A DNA stretch of 63,895 nt from Diplonema japonicum. Its lineage: Eukaryota > Protista > Euglenozoa: Diplonemea. The position numbers and the translations under genes are program-made. The stretch spans positions 248,001 through 311,895 of the forward strand of contig OZ025711.1 of NCBI GenBank assembly GCA_964019335.1, read 5' to 3'. Below are positions 31,102 through 40,000 of the stretch, piece by piece; within the stretch, counting starts at the first letter, position 1; every line of letters starts with the position of its first letter. The notes under the pieces were generated by a model. The model did no database searches, was not told the origin of the DNA, and saw only the letters and a program-made list of their open reading frames with translations.

Positions 31102-31877
31102 CAAAAGTGTAACGGTAGCAGCAGAGCCCCACCGAAATATGTTGAGTTTTTTTTTGTCCTCTCGCTTTTTTTTTTAATTTCCCCCCCCCCCCTTCTTCTC
31201 TTTCCATTTTTCTTTTGAACTTTCCTCTTTTTTTAGACTGAGCCACATATCACTTTGACAAAGGACGGAAAAGGACAAAAGAAAAAAAAGGGGGGGGTAA
31301 TCAAAAAAAATATAAAAAGGTAAACGGCGGTAGCAAAGCCCCACCGAAAAAAATATGTTGAGTTTTCTCTTTCTCCCTCTCTTTTCTTTTTTTCTCTTTG
31401 TTTTTTACCCCCGCTCCCTCTCCGCCTTTTTCCTCCCCCCCCTCCGCTTTTTCTTTTCCTTCTTCTTTGAACTTCCTGAAAGGAATGGAGAAAAGGGGAG
31501 AGGAGAGGGGGGAGGGGGGAAAGGTAAAAAAAAGAGGAAAATAAAAAAAAAAACCAAAAGAAATGGCACATATCCGATTTTTTTTTCTTCCAGAAAAAAA
31601 AAAAAAAAAAAACAAACCTGTTTTTTTTTTTTGTTTTGCTTTTTTTTTTTTAAACATACACTCAAAAAATGGTGGAGGGAGAAAAAAAAAGAAAAAAAAA
31701 AGGAGAAAAAAAAAAGTAAAGAAAAAAAATTCAACAGGCATGGAGCAAATAAATAAATAAAAAATCACCTTCATCACACTCCTCTTCTCTTCTTCTTCTT
31801 TTTTTTTATTCTTTTTTTTTTTTCTTTTTTTTTTTCCTCCTTCCGTTTGTTAGCAAAAAAAAAAAAAAATTCTTTTT

Positions 31878-32123
31878 TTAAACCGACAGCAATTCATCGC
31901 TCGTAGAGCATTCCAGTGCCTCGTAGAAGTTGGCAGGCAATTCCTGTTTTTTTTTTTTTTTTTTCTCCTTAAAACTTTGTCCCCTCTTTACTTACCTGAA
32001 TCTGAAGCCCAAACCTCTGAAGCTGGGAAATGGTTTCCTTCTCATTCGGGCTGATCAGAGTGATGGCGACACCCCTCTTCCCACCACGACCCGCGCAACC
32101 TATACGGTACAAGTAGCTTTCCT

Positions 32124-32155
<32 letters not shown>

Positions 32156-33693
32156 CTTTTTTTTTCTTCCTTCCTCAAACCTTAGTCTTGGGCACGTCAT
32201 AGCAGAACACCAAGGACACGTATGGGATGGGGTTCTTCCTTGCGTAACGGGCGTAGTCATCAGAGGTAACCAAAAGCCTGTTCTTGTCGGTAGCGAAGCC
32301 GTCCACCTTGGTGTCTTTAACAGAGTATTCCTTGTCTTTGTTCTCCTCGTTCTTGTCCTTCACCCTCTCGTAGGTGATCTTGTCGTGCGGCCCTGTCCCG
32401 TCGTGGAAGGCCTTCAGGATCTCCTCCCTCTCATCCTTCTCCATAGTGGGGACAAGGAACTTCGGCTTCAACCCAGACAGCTGCTCCGGCTTAATACGCT
32501 GCATCAGCAATTCGGAGATATGCTTGTGGTTACTGCAGAACACCAACGCCTGGCATGTGTCGACCGCGTGGAGGATCTGAGTTTTATTTATAATTGTAAT
32601 AAAAAAAAAAAAATTTTTTTTTTTGTAAACACACCTTCCCCAGAGTGTCGACCTTGGAACGCGGCTTCTCTGTGACCTCGACGTAGAACTGCTGGATGTG
32701 CGAGTAAGGGCTGCAGAACAGGAACTGCGAGACGTGCTCGGGGATCGTCTCCGCCTTGAGGGCGGTTTCCGCACCCTGTGTGTAATTTCTTTTTTAAATC
32801 TAAAGAGCATACCGCTGTGAGCCTGCGTGCGTTCAACGCGTACAGAAGCGAGGTTACCGTCTTGGTGCGGCCCAAGAGGGCGTCTTGGAACCTCTGCTCC
32901 GACTTGTTCCTCCTCTCGATACCGACGAGCTTTTCTATTTCGCACTTCGCCTTCTCAACGACATCGGGCTGAGCATTTTTTTTTTTTTTTTTTTTTTTTT
33001 TTCCCAAATAAATCTTCTCATACATGTCCGAAGAGGTTGAAGGTCGTCTCAGAAGACTGGTCCGACGTGTCCGGCCTGTTGATCCTGCTGTTCGTCGTAC
33101 CGTACTTGTGGTTGATGGCGTTGAGCTTCGCTGCCTTGTTGGCGAGGAGGAAGGCCACCGTGAAGGTGGGGATGCTGACCTCCACCTGCAGCACATCCGG
33201 GTTCTGTAAAAAAAAAAAAGTTTTTTTTTTTTAATTTTTTTTTTTTTTTTCACACCTCGACGGGGACTGCGTCCTCTAGGTTCTGCCCCCTGTCGCCCCT
33301 GTCATAGTTGTTGTTGTGGTGGTGGTAGCCTCCCTTCTTGCCGCCACCTCTGCCGCCGGAAAAGTTATCGTACATATGCCTGTCGCCGTGGTGGTTCTTG
33401 CCACCCTTCCCGCCCTTCCCGTGGTGCCTCCTCTTTTCATAGTGATCGGCGTAGTCAGCACCATCTTCACCATAAGACGACTCCCGGTGTCCCTGTGGTG
33501 CCGCGACAGGGACCATGCCGCCTGAGAGTGCCTTTTTGAACTCCTCTCTGTCCTGTTCGTCGGCGATGAGCTGTGCGAACTCCGCGTCTGTAAGAGCCCT
33601 CAACATTTTAGGGTTTGTGATATTGCGCTCTCTGAAGACGTCGATGTACTGCGTCAGCTTCAGACGAGTGAGGAGCGAGTCGACTGCGTTCAT
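31878..33693 (-). CDS. SAM + RGG/His-rich + KH + eIF4A-like helicase C-terminal domain protein, 500 aa; exons 33693-33256, 33203-33024, 32968-32813, 32775-32635, 32576-32181, 32121-31996, 31943-31878
   Basis: Six phase-0 GT-AG introns give one open frame. SAM: LLTRLKLTQYIDVFRERNI. KH: VSIPTFTVAFLLANKAAKLNAI...LFGHPDVVEKAKCEI. RecA2: IQQFYVEV, QALVFC, LLVTSD, VSLVFCYDVP, ESYLYRIGCAGRGGKRGVAITL. Confidence 0.88.
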
Positions 33694-33954
33694 CTTTTCT
33701 TTTCTTTTTTTTTTTGTTTTTTTTTTTTTTTTTTTTTTTTTTTTGTGCTGGCCCTCTCCTTGTTGGTATTTAAAAAAAAAAAAAAAATGTATTTTTTTTT
33801 TTAGAGATAATAGAGAAGGACGGGATTTGTTAAGGGTTACCACCCCTCCCCTCTCTCCTTCCCTCGTTAAAAGAATAAAGAAGACACACTGGGTTTTTTT
33901 TTTTTTTTTTTTTTTTTGTTCTCCACTCATTTTTTTTTTATTCCAAATTTTTAT

Positions 33955-34438
33955 TTACCCTACCCTGTTCTTCACCACCAGGATCACAGAATCACCCCGC
34001 AGGAACAATTTGGAGATGAATCGGAATTTGTTTATAGGTTGTGACCGCTTCTTGCCTTGGCCTTGTTTGGGTACCTTTTTTATGTTAAGTTTTTTTGTTG
34101 GCTTTTGCGTACCTCAGTCCATGTTTCCTGTACATTCTCCAACACCATATTCATGTGCCTGTCGAAGGCACGTACCCGTGCCAGGATCTTCTTGTTATTT
34201 CTGCAGTTTATCAGGACCTTTTTATTTTTATTTTTTTTATTTTTTTTTCTTTTACTCACCCCCCTTGCCTACCTGTGTTTGGTTTGCCACTGCTGATGTC
34301 AGCAGTGAAAATGGCCCTGTCTTGAAATTTTCCTCCTCTTCCTTTTCTAAAAGTTCCTGTTTTTTTTTTTTTTTTTCCCCCCCTTACCTGATCAGGCGGA
34401 GGGGTCCGCTCTTTCATCTGCATCCGTCTTCCGGGCAT
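33955..34438 (-). CDS. SmD2: Small nuclear ribonucleoprotein Sm D2, 119 aa; exons 34438-34388, 34356-34273, 34217-34113, 34074-33955
   Basis: Spliced product ...[23 protein letters not shown]|[35 protein letters not shown]|[36 protein letters not shown] closely matches SmD2. Missed by the ORF track. Confidence 0.96.
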
Positions 34439-35036
34439 TTTTTTTTTTCTTTTTTGTTCTCCCCTCCTTTTTCTTTTTCTTTGGGGTGTGCCTATCTGAG
34501 GCTAGCCTTGGGGCTTCTGGTTGCAGGCGTTTCGGGCTTCCCCGTAGCCTTATGCTTTCGCTTTCTAGCCAACATAAAGCTTAGAAGCAATTTAAAAAAA
34601 AAAAAAAAAACGCATAATAAAAAACAGGGTAGGGGGGGATACCGCAGCGCGCACACACACACGAAAGAACACGGTGGCCATGAAGCATGTGAAAAGAAAT
34701 GGGGGCTCAAGGGTGGGGAGGGGAGGGGGAAAGTTTCCCCTCACTACTCCCCACAAAAAGAAAAAAACTAATCTCACCCCTAGCTCAAACCTTTCTCCTA
34801 TAAAATCCACTTCTTCTTCTTCTCTTTTTATTTCACACGTTTATTTTTTTTTTTTTTTTTCCTTTGGCCTAAATAAAATAAACTAACTTCTCTCTCCATT
34901 ACCTTGAAACCAATTTCTTTTTTTTTTTTTTAGGTCCTCATGAACCACAATCTGTCTCGGTGGGGGGAGGGAGTGGGAAAAAAAAAAAAAAAAAAAAAAA
35001 ACACTCAAAAGAAAAAAAAAAAAAAAAAAAAAATGA

Positions 35037-35756
35037 TCATTTTATTTTCTTGTCTCCTTCTTCTTTTGATTTTTTGTACCATTCGAACGCGTGGTTCCCG
35101 AGAGCAAGCTGGCGGGTGACGGAGAGCACAACCGAGGTGACAACCAGAATCACATGCTGGATATTCGTCTCCGAGTACGCAAAGAGATAATAAGGCAACA
35201 CAATGGCAGCAATCAAGTTAGAAATAGTCATTACAACGAGATACGAATAGAATAAAAAGGGAGACGAGGGATTGAGAAGGTATCGCGACATTACAAAGGA
35301 CCCAAACTCCAACTCGGTAATTCCAAGTGAGAAGGCGGACACCCCTCCATTCACTGAGAAGTTGAGAATGACGTAAGACCCAATAATACACACCAAGTGG
35401 TGGAGGATGAAGTGAACATTTATATGGTAGTTTCGCAACAGAACGAACATATCCTTCACGAAGTAGCTTATTACCATGTACATCAGGATCTCCTCATACA
35501 TCATAGACCCGCACCTTGGCTCTCCTGCGTTTTCCCAACTGCAGTTGGCCATGTTTCTTATCTCCGGAAAGCCCTTGTCGGCTACTAGTAAATAGCTTAT
35601 TATAGGGAAGCTCACAGCTTGATACAGCGTTGCGCTGTACCAAGACCACAGAGGCGAACCATCAAGCAATGTCTCGCTGTAAAGTGCAGCGTAGACTGTG
35701 TTCACCACGATCCCCAGGGCAACTGAAAGCGCACTTTTTTCTAAACTGAACGGCAT
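35037..35756 (-). CDS. TLC (TRAM/LAG1/CLN8) domain multi-pass membrane protein
   Basis: Several hydrophobic helices; ISYFVKDMF, FILHHLVCIIG and ITELEFGS. ATG at 35756. Confidence 0.75.
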   Translation of the reverse strand: MPFSLEKSALSVALGIVVNTVYAALYSETLLDGSPLWSWYSATLYQAVSFPIISYLLVADKGFPEIRNMANCSWENAGEPRCGSMMYEEILMYMVISYFVKDMFVLLRNYHINVHFILHHLVCIIGSYVILNFSVNGGVSAFSLGITELEFGSFVMSRYLLNPSSPFLFYSYLVVMTISNLIAAIVLPYYLFAYSETNIQHVILVVTSVVLSVTRQLALGNHAFEWYKKSKEEGDKKIK

Positions 35757-37081
35757 TATTATTATTTTTTTTCCCCCCCCCACTCCCCCTCCTCGTCCCC
35801 TCCTTTTTTTTTTTTTTTTTTTTCCCCCTTGGATTTTTTTATAAAAAAATTTTAAAAAAAAAGGGGGGTTGAAAAAAAAATAAATAAAAAGGGGGAAGGG
35901 GGGTGGGAGAGTTGTATCATTTTCTTTTTTCTGACAAGTATGTAAAAGCTCCTGCTACTTATTATAAGACAGTGAGCATTTTTTTTTTTTTTTTTTTTTG
36001 ATAGAATATGATTTTTCCTTTGTGTTCTATCTTTTAATTAATCGTAAGCCTCGTGAAAAGAAAAAAATGGAGAAAAAAAAAAAGAATTGAAAAAAAAGAG
36101 TATGATCTACATATTCAGTGACTTTCGCAAGCTACAAAGAAGAATGCTCCACTGATATTGAAAGGTAGTGCAGCCACCCCGGAGGTCACCAACTGTCAAC
36201 TTGAAAGGAAGAGAACCCCAAGAAGGTTGAAACATGCACTACAACTCCGTTTTTTCCTCTTTTCTTTTCTCCTCTTTTTCACTCGGTTGGATTAAGAAGA
36301 ACGAAAATATAAAAAAAAATTAAAAAAAAACAAAAAGGAGAGGAAGATGATGCAAAAAAAAAAAAAAAAGAAAAAAAGGATTGCAACCAACAAATGCTGC
36401 ACTCTGCTATTTCGGGGGGTAACAAAAAAAAAAAAAGTGGGAACGGTCTTTTCTACTAAAAAAGGAAAAAGATAAGGGGGGGGAGAAGGAAGGGGGGAAA
36501 TATGTGTGAGCGGGATAAGTTATATATATCTACCGCTCAACCCATATGCCCTCTTCTTTTTTTTCCCCCTCCCCTTTTCTTGTTCGGTTAAGATCGCACC
36601 CAGGTCTACTTTTGTTTTCTTTTTTTTTTAAATTCTTGTTCCCCATCCAGCAGAGGCTTCATCGGTACATCGTCTACATAAAGAAAAAAATATTCTTTTT
36701 TTTTTTAAAAAAAAAATATAAAATAGAAGAAACAACAAGAGAGGAAGGAAAATAAGAAGGTCAAGGGGGGAAGAAGAAAAGAGGAATATAATATATAAGA
36801 GTTAAAGGAGGGTCTTTGTGAGACGCCCCAAGAAACAAATTAAGAAGGTGCCTTTTGTTGGGTTACTTACGACCCTTTTGTGGCGTGAAGGAAAAGGAAA
36901 GAAAAAAGAAGAAGAAGAGAAGGGGAAACATCGAGAAGAGAGAGAGAGAGAGAGAAAGAGAAAGAGGGAAAGAGAAAGAGTTTTTTTTTTTCTTTTTTCT
37001 TTCATTCATTCTTTCCCTCTTTTTTCTTTTTTTCTTTTTTTTCTTTTTCTGTTTTTGGTTTACAGAACTTCCTCAATATGA

Positions 37082-40000
37082 TCACTGGCACGGGGCGTTG
37101 GGAGGGAAGAGGCTCTTGCAGTGGAAGCGAGTGTCCTCGACATGCAACTTGCGCCCTGCAGAGATGACCTGCCCGTAGATGCGCGACTTCTCGATCTCGA
37201 GCCTGACGCCCTCATCCTGCGTCACAAGGGTCCCGTGCAGGGTCACGTTCTTCATAAGCATGTTGGTGTCGTGGTGGCCCTTCCAGTAGGAGCTCCAGTG
37301 CCAGTCGTTGTGGTCGTTGTCCTCGTGGTGGTGGTGGTGGTGGTTGTGGTGCCAACCCCACCAGTGGTGGATGTACTTGCACTCCCTCTCCCTCTGTCGG
37401 TCGTCGTGGCTCTCGCAAACCTGCTTCATGTTGTAGACAGTGAAGGGTGCTCCGAGGGACCTCCCCTCGAACACGGTGTCCCTCAGGGTGTCCAGCCTGT
37501 GGTCCAGATGCCCGTACTCGATGTTCAGGATGACCCAACCAGAGGCCCTCACAGTCATCGTGGGCTTCGGGTCCGTGACCCACTCGCCCTCGTCGTCGTC
37601 GTCGTTGCTGCTGCTGCCGCTGTCGTCGCCACCGTTGTTCCTGTTGGGCGGCTGGTGGTGGTGGACGCGCCTTGGGTGCGGCGTGGGGATGAGCCATTCG
37701 TTCCCGGCGACCGCGAAAACGTTGTACAGGTCGCCGTCCCCCTCCAGCTGCATGTTGTTCCCGTTGTCGACAACGACGCTCGTCGTGGTGTCCGGCGTCA
37801 GCAACTCCACCTCGCAGCGGGACTGGTTCTGGTCGGGGCAGCTGATCTTCATGGCACCCGTGCGGAGGGGCGGAAGGCTCAGGAGCGCCTCAGAGAAATC
37901 GGTGATGTTGTCGGTGGCGCTTCCTGCCCTGAGCTCCGGGACAGGTGCGTCGCAGTGGTCCGCAAGCGGCTCAACGCTGCCAGCGACAACCCTGTTCGCG
38001 ACACTCCTCTTCAAGACGACGTCCTCGACGGAGCCGACCTCCCCGACGGTCGTGTTCTCCAGGTGCACCTCCCCGACGGAGAAGGCCTGGAACTGCGTCG
38101 CGTTCCCGATCTCTCCGATCCCGCCCTGCGAGCGGGGGTGCTGCACGCGCACCACCTGCTCCCAGGTCGCCGTCGTCTCGCAGTGGTCCCGCGTGGTCCA
38201 CCTCCTCGTCACAGCGGCGAGCCCCTCGCTGCAGCTCTGTGCGTCGCTGTGGAAGTCGAAGGCAACGTCCGCGTACTCCAGCTTCACCGGGTAGGACACG
38301 AGGTTCAGGGCCGCCATGTCCGGGTGGGTCGCGATGTCCTCCACGAGGGGCACCCCTGTCGCAGAGGGCCCGTAGTCAGACAAGAAGTGCACGAACTGGT
38401 CCTCCGCGGGGGTTTGGATGAACTGCGGGGGGAACAGGTCCTCGACTGTGATGTTTTGCACCCGCGTCTCCGTAAGGGAGTCCGGGTAGGCGGCGTCGAA
38501 GCCCTCGCCGCAATCCGCGTAGTGCGGCTGCACCTTCCATGTCCTCTCGATCACCCACACCCCGCACGACACGAGCACGGGCTCTGCGTCCTTGAAATCG
38601 ATGCTGAAGGGCGTCCCGCAGTAGGCCTCCCCGGTCGGTGTCCCCAGCCCGCTCGAGGGCGCGAGGGAGTGCGTGGTGTTGATCGTCGCGTCCTCCGGGA
38701 AGGTCACGAACCGCGGCTTCACCGAGTGCACCGCCTCCGTGTAAACCACCGACGCGTCCGGCAGGATCCTCCTGCACCCGTCCTCCGTCCACGCATCCGC
38801 GGCGGTGCACGCATTCGTCGCCGTCGTCGAGTCGTCCAGCGGCTTGAAAGACTTCACGCCCCCGACCACCTGCTTCCCTGCGTGGCACGCATCCGCAAGC
38901 TGGCTTGTCCCGACAGAGAACGCGAAGAAGCGCCTCTCTGCCTCCACCCACGGCTGCGTCGCCATCAGCGTCGTCGGCGGGTGCTGCACGGTCACCGTCT
39001 GCGAGAAGCTCCTGCTGTTCCCACACTTGTCGGTCGTGGTCCAGGTCCTCGTGTGCTGCGCAAGACCGCGCACCCTGCACGTCCCCTCGTCACCCGCCGC
39101 CGCCGACTGCCTCACAAGGGGCCCGTCCTCGGACCTCGTCGTCGTCGGCTCCGCCACCAGGTTCATCCCCGCGAAGTCGGCGTGCGTCTGCTCCTCCGTC
39201 AGGGGGATCGGGTTCGTCTCTGCCCGGAAGTTCTCGAAGAAGGGGACAACAACCGCCGCCTCGGGGGTGAAGGTGAAGACAGGCGCCGTCTCGTCCACGA
39301 TCGTGATGGTCTGGATCCTGCTGCTGCTGTCTGCGAAGGTTCCCGTGCACACCGCCTCGGAGAAGTATGGCACGATCGTCCACTTCCTCTCGATGGTCCA
39401 CTTCCCGCACGCCCCCTCCACAGGCTTCGGCTCGCTGTCCACCGAGAGGATGTCGAACTCCTGCTTGCAAGCGGACGACCCTTCCGCGATCCCCAGCACC
39501 GCCGGGTCCAGGGTCTGTTGCGTGTTGATGGTGACGTCCGCCGGGACCGACGCGAACACGGGGGGTGCAGGTTCCACCGTGATGACCTGCTTCACCTCGT
39601 TGGAGCGGCCCCCGCACGAGGGGCTGTCCTGTAGCTGCCACACCACCTCCAGGAAGTAGGTCCCGCAGACCCTGTTCGGGAACTGCGACGTCGGGAGCGT
39701 CGACTTCCTCAGCATCACAACCTGCGCGCCCGAGGTGCACGCGGGGTCGATGTCCCCCACCTTCGGCTTCAGGCTGTCCAGGTTGATCGGTTGGTCGCAG
39801 CGGAACGTGTACGAGGTCGCGGGTTCCAGGACAGGGGTGCGGCGCATCTCCAGGTTCGCCTCGCTGCTGATGTCGGTCCCCATCCCGCCCTGCTTCTCCA
39901 GCGCCTTGTCCTTCATCGCCGTCACCATCCTGTTCTTCGTGTTCTCCACGCTTGCGTCGTAGGTCGCCTGGTTGCTGAAGTCGTAAGGCATGTCCGTGAG

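Noticed and set aside
27921-34387. Non-canonical (euglenid-type) introns or an Introner family
   Set aside because: All boundaries are GT-AG. I see no terminal base-pairing and no shared internal sequence beyond A-richness.
27813-34438. Programmed frameshifting, stop readthrough or RNA editing to explain fragmented ORFs
   Set aside because: Canonical GT-AG introns restore each frame exactly and recover conserved protein motifs.
26886-36800. Many poly-Lys/poly-Phe ORFs, including the 418-aa + ORF at 33515-34771
   Set aside because: Translations of homopolymer tracts. The 418-aa ORF is antisense to SmD2 and the SAM-KH gene.
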